DNA of 64,000 nt from Bradymonadia bacterium (GTDB taxonomy: Bacteria > Myxococcota_A > Bradymonadia > UBA7976 > UBA1532), in NCBI GenBank assembly GCA_049318805.1, contig JBMOFP010000001.1, forward strand, positions 61,247-125,246, written 5' to 3'. Below are positions 36,686 to 45,406 of this stretch, piece after piece. How positions within the stretch are numbered: position 1 is the first letter of the stretch; each line of letters opens with the position of its first letter. The notes beneath the pieces are model-generated. The model was not told the DNA's origin and did not search any database. It saw only the letters and a program-made list of their open reading frames with translations. A program made the position numbers and the translations under genes.

Positions 36686-39346
36686 TCAGACCGTGCGGAA
36701 CGCCCGCACGACCCGGAAGCCGTTGCTCAGCAACGCCCGATTCGCCGTGAGCGTCCAACGCCCGGCGGCGTGGGCGTAGGCGGGGGGTAAGCTCCAGGCG
36801 CCGCCGCGCACGATGGGTTCGAAGCGGTCGCCCATCTGGAGCGCGCCCGAGACCCAGTCGCGCACGCCCCCCGCGAGGTCGCGCACGCCGTAGGGGCTCT
36901 CGTCCGTAGGGTAGGCGCCCACGGGCATCGGGCTCGGCTCGTCGGGCCGACTGCCCCGCACATTGCAGAACGAGAGGTCGAAGTGGTCGCCCCACGGGTA
37001 GCGGCGCCCGTCTGGACCGCGCGCGGCCTTCTCCCACTCGGCCTCGGTGGGGAGGCGATACTCGAGGCCCTCGACCGCGCTCCGCCACGCGCAGTAGGCC
37101 TCGGCGTCCAGCCGTGAGACACCGCACACGGGCCAGTTCGAGGCCCACACCGTGCCGTCGGCGTCCGTCTGCGGCAAGGTCCAGCGGCCGTCGGCGTCGG
37201 GCTTCCAGTACGCCGCATCCTGACGCGGGGCTCGGCGCGCCGCTTCGTGCGGCGGGCACGCGGACAGGAACGCCGCGTACTGGCCGCAGGTGACCGGGAA
37301 CCGCCCGATGAGGAAGGCGTCCACGTGGACCTGGGCCGTGGGGGTGCCGAAGAGCGCCGAGGGGTCGTTGCCCTGGGTGTAGATCCCCGCCGGCACGTAG
37401 GCGAAGTCGGCGTCCACGTCCTCGTTGCCGGGGATCGGGACCTCGAGCTCGAGCTCGTCGCCCTGCCACACCATCAGCGGCAGCCGCACGGGCGCGCGAC
37501 CCGCTGCGCACAGCTCGAGGACCACGCGCCCGGTCGGCACCTGGGCGCGTACCAGGGGTGTTCGACCCAGCGGCGAGAAGGCCCCGGGCCGCAAGATGCG
37601 GTCCTTCTCGATCCACGTCGCGCACGAGACCTCGACCCCATCGATCGGTGTCGTGAGCGTGAGCGTTGCCCGCGGTGCCAGTCGTTGCGCGAAGGTCGAG
37701 TCGGCGAAACGCGCGACCTGCTCCAGGTGCTGCGCCGCCAGGTCGAGCCGCGCGGCGGCCTGGGCTTGTCGATAGTCCTGCCAATGCAGTGCGGTCAGGC
37801 GGCGCCGCGTCTCCGGGGCGTCGGGCAGGACCTCGAGGGCCTGGTGCAGCTTCCGCTCCAGGTCCGTCCGTGCCTCCTGAAGCATCCGCCCCTGCTCCGC
37901 GAGACGGTCCTCTTCGGCCCAGCGCGCGCGTTTCTCGGCCTGGGGGGCGCGCGGTCCAGGCGCGGGCAGGGTCGACAGCACGTTGCGCAGGGCCTCGACA
38001 CGCGCGCCGAGGGCGACCCGCCGCTCCTCGAAGGCGTCGGCCTCCGACATCAGCCTCGCGAACTCGGCGCGGCGACGCTCACGCTCCGCCGTACCCGTGA
38101 GGAATCGGTCGAGGTCCTCGCGGAGCGCCGCGGCGCTCTCGTGGCGGCCGCTCTGCGCCGTGGACAAGGCCCGCAAACAGATGCCCTCGAGCGCCGGAGG
38201 AATGCGCCGCTCGGGTGCCCGCTCCCGGGGGGGCACGACGCGGCCGTTCAGCGTGGCCATCAGCGCGACCAGGGGCGTCGCGCCCTCGAAAGGCCGCTGG
38301 CGCGTGAGCATCTCGTACAGGATCGCGCCGAGGGCGAAGACGTCGGTACGGGCGTCGATCGCCCGGGTGTTCCCGGTGATCTGCTCCGGCGCCATGTAGC
38401 CGGGCGTGCCGACGATCGCCCCCGCCTGGGTCACGAAGCTCAGGTCCGCGAGGGGGACCTGACTGCCCGAGGTCGAGGCCTCGGCGAAGGTCTCCTCCGT
38501 CGACTCGCCCAGGACCTTCGCGATGCCCCAGTCCATCAGGAGCACCTCGCCGTAGTCTCCGATGAGCACGTTGTCGGGCTTGAGGTCGCGGTGGATGACC
38601 CCCTGGGCGTGGGCGTAGTGCACGACCTCGCACAGACGACTGAGCATCTGCAGCCAGCGAAAGCGCTGGGTGTCGAGCGTCGTCTCGGATTCGCCGCCCT
38701 CGGCCTCGGACGCGTGCAGCACTCGACTCAGGGGGCGACCCTTGACCCAGCGCATCGTGAAGGCCGGCGAGCCGTCGCCCAGCACGCCGAGGCCATAGAC
38801 GGGCACGACCCCCGGGTGCTCGAGACGCGCCTGGATGCGGGCCTCGTTGAGGAACCGCGCGATGGTTTTTTCCGGCGCGTCCGGGTTCTGCAGCCGCTTC
38901 AGGGCCACGGCGCGGCCGATGTGTTCTTCCCGCGCCGCGAGCACCAGGCCCACACCGCCGCGCCCGATCTCGCCCGTGACGTGGTACCGCTCGGCGAAGC
39001 CGTTGTCCGTCGTCGGCTCGGTCACCGGCCGCGCCTCGGGGGCCAGAGTCTCCGCGGCGATTGTGTCGGGCTGCTCGGCGACGGCCTCGAGCCGCCGCAG
39101 CTCGACCGGGTCCACCAGCCCACGCTCGAGCAAAAGGCTGCCCAAGCTGCGGGGTCGCGACGCGCCCATGAGCGCGACTGTAAGGTCCATGAGGGTCGCC
39201 GCGTCCAGCACCCCGTGGTCGAGCGCCACTTTCGCGAGTCGCTTGTCGAAGTCTCCGTACAGGGTGCGCTCCGGTTGCGACCAACGCCGTGTCGTGTCTA
39301 ACGTACAAACGAGGGAAGGCAGGAGCCAAGAGCCATGCGCGCGCAA
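36686..39346 (-). CDS. Ser/Thr protein kinase fused to a C-terminal FGE-sulfatase (SUMF1) domain
   Basis: IGRGGVG, VALK, HRDLKPDN, DWG and GTPGYMAPEQ; then RLPTEAEWEKAARG..YPWG, DESPYG, RGGAW and GFR. True start is probably downstream of 39346. Confidence 0.9.
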   Translation of the reverse strand: MRAHGSWLLPSLVCTLDTTRRWSQPERTLYGDFDKRLAKVALDHGVLDAATLMDLTVALMGASRPRSLGSLLLERGLVDPVELRRLEAVAEQPDTIAAETLAPEARPVTEPTTDNGFAERYHVTGEIGRGGVGLVLAAREEHIGRAVALKRLQNPDAPEKTIARFLNEARIQARLEHPGVVPVYGLGVLGDGSPAFTMRWVKGRPLSRVLHASEAEGGESETTLDTQRFRWLQMLSRLCEVVHYAHAQGVIHRDLKPDNVLIGDYGEVLLMDWGIAKVLGESTEETFAEASTSGSQVPLADLSFVTQAGAIVGTPGYMAPEQITGNTRAIDARTDVFALGAILYEMLTRQRPFEGATPLVALMATLNGRVVPPRERAPERRIPPALEGICLRALSTAQSGRHESAAALREDLDRFLTGTAERERRRAEFARLMSEADAFEERRVALGARVEALRNVLSTLPAPGPRAPQAEKRARWAEEDRLAEQGRMLQEARTDLERKLHQALEVLPDAPETRRRLTALHWQDYRQAQAAARLDLAAQHLEQVARFADSTFAQRLAPRATLTLTTPIDGVEVSCATWIEKDRILRPGAFSPLGRTPLVRAQVPTGRVVLELCAAGRAPVRLPLMVWQGDELELEVPIPGNEDVDADFAYVPAGIYTQGNDPSALFGTPTAQVHVDAFLIGRFPVTCGQYAAFLSACPPHEAARRAPRQDAAYWKPDADGRWTLPQTDADGTVWASNWPVCGVSRLDAEAYCAWRSAVEGLEYRLPTEAEWEKAARGPDGRRYPWGDHFDLSFCNVRGSRPDEPSPMPVGAYPTDESPYGVRDLAGGVRDWVSGALQMGDRFEPIVRGGAWSLPPAYAHAAGRWTLTANRALLSNGFRVVRAFRTV

Positions 39347-39355
39347 AGTTGGAGA

Positions 39356-40039
39356 ATGGTGCCTTTGAGCCTGACCTGCATCCTCTGGGCGTGCAACATC
39401 AGCACAGATCCCATCGCCGAGGGCAACCTCACCGACAGCGGCCTTCCGGCCAACATCGTCGACGGAGACCGGGGGGCCGGTGGCTCGGCCCCCGCCGAGC
39501 GAGACGCCGAGGTCGAGAGCCTCGACGCCGGGACGACGGGCGCTGCGCGCTACGACGGCTGTGACGTCGACCTGGCCTGCACGGCGGGCTGCGCCGAGGA
39601 CTTCGACTGCCAGGCAGCGCCGCCGAGCACCGATGCCGGCGACCCACCCGCGTCCACTGACTGCGTCGATGGCGGCGTCGATACGGCGTGCAGCGGCGCG
39701 GTCGCGGACGCGGGCCCCAACGGCCCGGCCCTCGAGCCCTTCGACCAGGAAGCCGCCGCCGCCCTGGAGTTCGACTTCGACGTGGACCAGGAGCGCTGGT
39801 TCGACCTGCGGACACGCGCCGGCGCGCTGTACGTCGCAGGGGGATTCGTCGAGGGCGAGGGCGTGCTCCGCGCGGCGATCTACGGCGCCGACGACACGGT
39901 GCTCGGTCGCACGGGCGCAGACGCCGGCCTCGACGACCTGGGCATCGCCGCGAGCGTCGAGCCGGCGCAGGCCGTCCGTTTGCGCATCCGTCTCGAGGGC
40001 GGCCCCGCGAAGGTGTGGCTGACCGTCTCGCAGCCCTGA
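39356..40039 (+). CDS. Hypothetical lipoprotein
   Basis: Lipobox LWAC, short Cys cluster and a C-terminal PPC-like beta-sandwich. Confidence 0.6.
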   Translation: MVPLSLTCILWACNISTDPIAEGNLTDSGLPANIVDGDRGAGGSAPAERDAEVESLDAGTTGAARYDGCDVDLACTAGCAEDFDCQAAPPSTDAGDPPASTDCVDGGVDTACSGAVADAGPNGPALEPFDQEAAAALEFDFDVDQERWFDLRTRAGALYVAGGFVEGEGVLRAAIYGADDTVLGRTGADAGLDDLGIAASVEPAQAVRLRIRLEGGPAKVWLTVSQP

Positions 40040-40060
40040 AGGCCGCGTCGGCGGGGCGAC

Positions 40061-43000
40061 TCAGAGCCCGGTTTCGAAGTCCGTGCGGGTGCCGAAAGCG
40101 AAGAGGGTGTAGGTCGCGCCGGGCTCGAGCGCCCCGTCGAAGCGGCAATGCACCACGCGGCCGTCCAGGTCGCCGCGCGCGCACTCGAGCCCGACGACCC
40201 CCGGCCCGCGCAGCGCGACCGCGAGGTCTTCGACCGGGGAAACGCGCAGGAACGTCAGCGCCGGGGTCAGGGCCGAGATCGGGCCGTCGTCGAGCGCGGG
40301 TTGCGTCGTGAAAGCGTCGGGCGGCCCCACGGGCACGACCGTTGGTGAGACCAGGGCCTGCTGCGCCGGCACATAGCGCCGCTCGACCGGACCGCGCTCG
40401 TCGAAGACCGTGCACAGTCGGTCCGTGGCCGCGCCGTTCCAGAACACCCAAACCGGGGCCTCTCCGTAGGCGGCGCTCGTGGGGCAATCGCTCCACAGGT
40501 CGAAGCGTCGCGGACCTACGGCGGCGCGGGCATGGGCCTCGTACCAGGTCAGCCCGCCGGTGGCCGTGTCCAGGGCGACCGCGCTGTTCTCGGCGAGCAG
40601 CGGCTCGAAGGTGTCCAGCACCCCGGCGGGATCGATCAGAGCCAGGTACCCGAGCACGACATTCGCCAGGTCTGGCCCCATCTGCGTGTAGGTATTCGGC
40701 GCATTGCCCTGGGTCGACAGCCAATCGGCGCGGTCCGCCATCATCGCGCCGTAGCGGGCCGCGCCGGCCGCGGGCTCCTCGCCCAGGTACTCGAGGAACG
40801 GCGAGACCGGGAGCCACTGGATGCCGAAGATCCACCCCGGGTCCGCGCTGAAGTAGGTCGCGAAGGCCTGCCCCCAGGCGCCGAGGATGCCCACGGTCGC
40901 GTGGGTGTAGGTCTCGGGCCAGACCGGCGGACACGCAGCGCACGCCCCGAGCCAGTACGTGAGCGTGGCCGCCCGTTCCATGGCCCACCCCATCGCGCCG
41001 GTCGCGCGCAGGGTGGAGTCCTCGAGGGCCTCGCCCAGCAAGAACAAGCCGCCCCAGGACTGCATGGCCTCGGAGCTCGACTCCTGGTTGTTGCCGCGCG
41101 GTGAGCCGAGGCCCGCGGCCCAGGAGTGCCCGAGCCAGGGGTCGAAGGTGCGCAGGAAGGGCGCATCGAGCGCGTCGCGGTCGGCGTTTCCGTAGGACCG
41201 GGCGACGGCGCGCAGCGCGCGGCCGAAGCGCTCCAAGAACTCGGGCTGAGCCAGCCCGAGGAGCGCGCCGGCGGTGGTGAAGTCGCCGTAGTGGAAGTGC
41301 TGGTCGGTGAACTGCTCGGAGCCGTACGCCGGGTCGAAGCCGATGAGCGCGCCCCAGCGCGGGTATTGGGCGAAGTAGCGCCGGGTCTCACCCGGGGTGA
41401 AGGTGAGCCAGTCCGCGAGGACCTCCGAGAGCTGCTCTACGAAAGGCGCGGCCTGCTCGGGTGCGGACTGTCGAGCCGCGTGGAGCCAGCGCGCGAGCAC
41501 GACCATGGCCTTACCGCCCCAGTAGGTGTCCCCGGGGGTCTCCCCGGCGGCCGCCTGACGCGTGAGGTAGTCCGTGAGACGTTCGACGTTGAAGCGCGGG
41601 TCGGGCGCGCCGGCGTTGGGCGGGGGCACGAAGGGCGCCAGGCCCTTGAAGGGGAAGGCGAGCCGAAACTCGGTGCCGCGTGCGAGGCGGAGCGGGCCGC
41701 GCGAGGTCGGGTAGCTCGCGTCGAGGGTCTGGAAGTTCCCGCGCGCCATGCCCAGATGGTGCGGCAGCCACCCCTGCATCGCGGTCGGCTCACCGACAGC
41801 GCCGGGGAGCGCCTCGAGGTCGAGCGTCCACGTCGTTTGGACCTCGCCGCGCGCGGGCACGTGCTCCCAGGACAAACGCGAGCCGCGCGGCACGAAGGGC
41901 GCGGCGGCCTCGAAGTCCGCCCGCGTGAGCCCGTTGGGCACCGCCGCCACCGCGACCCAGCTCCCTTCAGGCGGGAAGGTGATCCGTGTGTCCGGGCCGT
42001 CCGCGGCGCGGACCACCCCCGGGCCATCGAAGAACGCCCAGGTTCGGCTGAACTGGCGCACCTCGAGGGCGTTGACCAGACCGGGCATCCGCAGCGTCAC
42101 GTCGCGGGCCTCGAGCCACACGAACGGGAGGCCGTGGCCCAGCGTCACGTCCACCTGGGTGCCCCAGCGGAGCCCCACGGTCCAATCGCCCCATCGGGCG
42201 ACCTGGGTCTCCGCGATACGGGGCGAGACGGGCGCGGCGTACGCGCTGTCCGCGCCCCCGAGCAGGACCTCGTCGAGCAGGATGTGCCCCCAGCCCCGCG
42301 GGTGCGTGTCGACCAACTCCAGCACGGCGTCGAGTCCGCGCGCGTTCTCGGGGATGGGGATGGACTGCCACGCCAGGGCCTCGGAGTTCAGGCCCGTGCG
42401 CCACCCCAGGCGCTCGACCGGGGTGCCCGCGTCGTTCACCCGCCAGAGCGAGACCGTGCACTCGCCCTCGGGGTCTTCAGGGGGGTGATTGCCGCCGCCC
42501 ATCAACAGGTGAACGGCGTCGCCGTCGAGGGCGAAGACCGTGGAGCGAATGCGCCCCTGGCTCGGATCGCCGCCGTGGAAGCTGCTCAGCAGCGCGTTCC
42601 CGCGGTAGCCCGAGACCGGACTCTGGCCCGGCAACGTGCCGGCGGCGGGACCTTCCCCGAACGCGGTGCCCGCCAGGGCCTGCCACCCCAGCCTGCCGTC
42701 GTCGGCGCGTCCGTCGAAGGCGCCGTCCTCGAAGTCGGCGAGCAGTCGCTCGTCGGCGGCGGGTGTGGCGGGACGGTCCAGGGCGAGCACGAGCGGGGAC
42801 TCGAGGCGCATCGCGGTGCCGTCCTCGTTCCACGCCAACGGCTGGAAGAGGCGCACCGCGTCTGGTTCAGTCCGCACCACCAGAGGGTGCGCCCACAGCT
42901 CGCCCGAGTGGGCGTCGACCAGGGCCTGGGTCCACCAATCATTCGTGGGGTAGGGCCCGGGTGTGCCCTCGACGACCTTGATGCGGCCCTCGGCCACGGT

Positions 43001-43486
43001 GCGCGCGACAGGCACCTCGCCTGCCTGCGGGCCCTCGGCGAAGCTGGGCGGCCCGCACTCCGGCGCGTCCGCGCGATAGACACCGTCGCCGCACCGTGCC
43101 TCGGCACAGGCGTTGGTGCAGCTGTCGTGGTCGTCGTGGTCGCCGTCGTCGCAGGCCTCGGGAGGGTCGATTCGACCGTTGCCGCACAAGGACCACACCG
43201 CGACCACCGCGCCGGGCGGCGGGAACGGCTCCGCGTCCGGGGCGGTGGCGTCCGCGGGCGTCGAGGCGTCCGGACTTCCGTCCCCTTGGGCGTCGGCGGG
43301 GACCGCGAGCGCGTCCGTCCGCGGTGACGCATCGAGCGGCGGCGCGGCGTCTTGCGCCGGCGGCCCCTGGTCGCGGCGCGCCGCGTCGTCGGCACCCGGA
43401 CCTCGGTCGGAGGTTTCATCGCCCGCACCGCAAGCGCCGAGCGCCAGCGCGCCCGCCAGACCGACGATGCGGGGCGACCCTCTCAA
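40061..43486 (-). CDS. GH81 endo-beta-1,3-glucanase lipoprotein with myxobacterial Cys-rich repeat and inserted CBM-like module
   Basis: Lipobox LGAC, CGNG..EACDDG repeat, PTNDWW, DTYWGGK, catalytic DQHFHYG and NQESSSEA, and GIQWLP. Confidence 0.9.
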   Translation of the reverse strand: MRGSPRIVGLAGALALGACGAGDETSDRGPGADDAARRDQGPPAQDAAPPLDASPRTDALAVPADAQGDGSPDASTPADATAPDAEPFPPPGAVVAVWSLCGNGRIDPPEACDDGDHDDHDSCTNACAEARCGDGVYRADAPECGPPSFAEGPQAGEVPVARTVAEGRIKVVEGTPGPYPTNDWWTQALVDAHSGELWAHPLVVRTEPDAVRLFQPLAWNEDGTAMRLESPLVLALDRPATPAADERLLADFEDGAFDGRADDGRLGWQALAGTAFGEGPAAGTLPGQSPVSGYRGNALLSSFHGGDPSQGRIRSTVFALDGDAVHLLMGGGNHPPEDPEGECTVSLWRVNDAGTPVERLGWRTGLNSEALAWQSIPIPENARGLDAVLELVDTHPRGWGHILLDEVLLGGADSAYAAPVSPRIAETQVARWGDWTVGLRWGTQVDVTLGHGLPFVWLEARDVTLRMPGLVNALEVRQFSRTWAFFDGPGVVRAADGPDTRITFPPEGSWVAVAAVPNGLTRADFEAAAPFVPRGSRLSWEHVPARGEVQTTWTLDLEALPGAVGEPTAMQGWLPHHLGMARGNFQTLDASYPTSRGPLRLARGTEFRLAFPFKGLAPFVPPPNAGAPDPRFNVERLTDYLTRQAAAGETPGDTYWGGKAMVVLARWLHAARQSAPEQAAPFVEQLSEVLADWLTFTPGETRRYFAQYPRWGALIGFDPAYGSEQFTDQHFHYGDFTTAGALLGLAQPEFLERFGRALRAVARSYGNADRDALDAPFLRTFDPWLGHSWAAGLGSPRGNNQESSSEAMQSWGGLFLLGEALEDSTLRATGAMGWAMERAATLTYWLGACAACPPVWPETYTHATVGILGAWGQAFATYFSADPGWIFGIQWLPVSPFLEYLGEEPAAGAARYGAMMADRADWLSTQGNAPNTYTQMGPDLANVVLGYLALIDPAGVLDTFEPLLAENSAVALDTATGGLTWYEAHARAAVGPRRFDLWSDCPTSAAYGEAPVWVFWNGAATDRLCTVFDERGPVERRYVPAQQALVSPTVVPVGPPDAFTTQPALDDGPISALTPALTFLRVSPVEDLAVALRGPGVVGLECARGDLDGRVVHCRFDGALEPGATYTLFAFGTRTDFETGL

Positions 43487-43495
43487 CTCAAGGGC

Positions 43496-45211
43496 TCACG
43501 GGCAGAGACCGCAGGACCCGTAGGTCTCTTGCAGGGCGGTGGGGCCCTCGATCTGCACGAGGCGGTTCGCGTAGTTCGCGTAGTCCGTCACCGGGGCGCA
43601 CTGACCGCCGGCCACCATGTCGTCGATCAGGTTTTCCTGATTGGCGAAGTTGTCGACCATGTACTTGTACTCGAGGGCACCGGCCGCAAACGGGAAGGTA
43701 CCCGTCCACAGGCCGTCTCCGTCTTCATCGGTCAGGTCGAAGCCGCGGTCGCAGAAGCCGCAGAACGGCCCGGTCACGTGCACGGTCTGGAAGGCCTCCA
43801 GGCCCGAGCACCCCATGTCGAGAGAGAACGTGACGTTGAAGAGACAGGAGCCGTCGTCGCGGTCCGCGGCGGCGTTGTAGTTCGTGGCGTCCGGGTTCGT
43901 GCAGCCGCCGACACCTGCCGGGGGCGCGCACACCGAGCACTCCCCGTAGAGCGCGTCGACCTGGGTCGGGCCGTCCACGATGACCTGCCGGTTGGCGTAC
44001 ACGGCGCCGTCGGTGATGGGCGCGCACGCCCCGTCGCCGGCGATGACGTTGTCGACCAGGTCCTCCTGGCTCGCGAAGTTGTCGACCATGAACTTGAACT
44101 CGACCGGGCCGTTCGGGAACTGGAACGTGCCCGCCCAGAGGCCGTCACCGTCCGGATCGGCGAGCGCGAAGCCCTGGTTACACCAGTTGCAGAACGGACC
44201 GGTGATGTAGGGCGTCGTGAACGCCTGGCCGCTGCAGGTCATGTTGACGGAGAAGGTCACCGGGTAGGTGCACGCTCCGTCGTCCTCGTTGGCTGCGGGG
44301 TTGTAGTTGCCGGCGGTCGGGTCGGTGCAGCCCCGAACCGGGAGCAAAGGCGGCGCGTCGGCGCGCCACTGCACGTCGTCCAGGTAGAACGTCACGGTCT
44401 CGGCGCCGCTCGGGTTGTCGACGAACCACGCGAAGCCGCCGACGATCTCCTCCACCGCGAGGTCGCCGAGCACGAGGGCCCACTCGGTCGCCTCGGCGGG
44501 CAGGTAGGTGTAGCCCGACGAGATGGAGAAGCCGTCCACGTCCTGGATGCCGACCGCGAAGTTCACGTGCTCCGTGCCCGTCGCGCCCCAGGCGTTGAAG
44601 CGCACGTGGGTGGCCCCGGGCTGCACGGGGAGGCCCGGCAAGTCGCCCCAGTTGTTGGCGGGGTACTGGAAGAAGAAGCCGACGAAGCCCGCGCCCGCGG
44701 GGGTCCAGGTGATGCGTCGGCAGGTGCCGCTCGGGTCGCCGGCCTCGACGTCGCAGTCTGCGACCTGGACGTCGCCGTCGCCCATCTTGCCGCTCATGAC
44801 GTAGTAGTCATCGATGAAAAACGGGAGCGCGGCCGGGAGGTCAGGGACCGGCGTGCCGCCGGGCTCGGGGGTGCCGCCGGGCTCGGGCGTGCCGCCGGGC
44901 TCGGGTGTGCCGCCGGGCTCGGGCGTGCCGCCGGGCTCGGGTGTGCCGCCGGGCTCGGGGGTGCCGCCGGGCTCGGGTGTGCCGCCGGGCTCGGGTGTGC
45001 CGCCGGGCTCGGGTGTGCCGCCGGGCTCGGGTGTGCCGCCCGGTTCAGGCGTACCGCCGACCGCCCCGTCGAGGCTGACGGAGCCTCCGGTGGTGCCGCC
45101 GGTGGGGTCATCGCCGCCCCCGTCGTCCTCACCACAGGCTCCGACGGCCAGCGCCAGGGCCGCGCATACGACCCGCTCGAAGACAAACTTGCCGCTTCGC
45201 TGCTTCATCAC
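43496..45211 (-). CDS. Multi-module putative glycan-binding lipoprotein
   Basis: Lipobox VGAC, (GGTPEP)n linker, one SG.MGD..QYP..NWG module, two GCT.P.A.NY..A..DDG.C units and two CBM48-like modules (VTFS..M..GPFC..D.DGDGLW.GT..E.K). Confidence 0.75.
   Translation of the reverse strand: MMKQRSGKFVFERVVCAALALAVGACGEDDGGGDDPTGGTTGGSVSLDGAVGGTPEPGGTPEPGGTPEPGGTPEPGGTPEPGGTPEPGGTPEPGGTPEPGGTPEPGGTPEPGGTPEPGGTPVPDLPAALPFFIDDYYVMSGKMGDGDVQVADCDVEAGDPSGTCRRITWTPAGAGFVGFFFQYPANNWGDLPGLPVQPGATHVRFNAWGATGTEHVNFAVGIQDVDGFSISSGYTYLPAEATEWALVLGDLAVEEIVGGFAWFVDNPSGAETVTFYLDDVQWRADAPPLLPVRGCTDPTAGNYNPAANEDDGACTYPVTFSVNMTCSGQAFTTPYITGPFCNWCNQGFALADPDGDGLWAGTFQFPNGPVEFKFMVDNFASQEDLVDNVIAGDGACAPITDGAVYANRQVIVDGPTQVDALYGECSVCAPPAGVGGCTNPDATNYNAAADRDDGSCLFNVTFSLDMGCSGLEAFQTVHVTGPFCGFCDRGFDLTDEDGDGLWTGTFPFAAGALEYKYMVDNFANQENLIDDMVAGGQCAPVTDYANYANRLVQIEGPTALQETYGSCGLCP
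44851..45059 (-). repeat. 18-bp tandem repeat encoding GGTPEP, about 11 units
   Basis: Near-perfect gtgccgccgggctcggg array. Confidence 0.95.
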
Positions 45212-45236
45212 GCCTCCCCAGGCCCGGAAATCGGCC

Positions 45237-45261
45237 TTTGTTTGTTCGACAGAGAAACTAA
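45237..45261. promoter_or_regulatory. Putative ROK (XylR-type) operator 1
   Basis: TTTGTTT-N11-AAACTAA, an AT-rich 25-bp palindrome in the divergent intergenic region near a ROK gene. Confidence 0.65.
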
Positions 45262-45371
45262 GTTCGTCGGCCGGAACGTGTCAAGTCGGCGTCGAGGTTG
45301 TGACGCAGCGCGTCAAGGTGCGCACAGGGTGCGTCGATGAGACGTCGGCTTGACCGATGCCCTGTGGCGAA

Positions 45372-45396
45372 TTAGATTGTTCACGAACAGAACAAA
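45372..45396. promoter_or_regulatory. Putative ROK (XylR-type) operator 2
   Basis: TTAGATT-N11-GAACAAA, with the same 25-bp geometry, ending 10 bp before ATG 45407. Confidence 0.6.
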
Positions 45397-45406
45397 GTGG
45401 GGTGCC

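Noticed and set aside
36686-36900. FGE-sulfatase C-terminus as a possible diversity-generating retroelement target
   Set aside because: No reverse transcriptase and no second, adenine-variant copy of this segment were seen in the window.
44851-45059. Regular repeat array as a possible CRISPR
   Set aside because: Head-to-tail 18-bp units with no spacers, in frame within a lipoprotein linker, and no cas genes.
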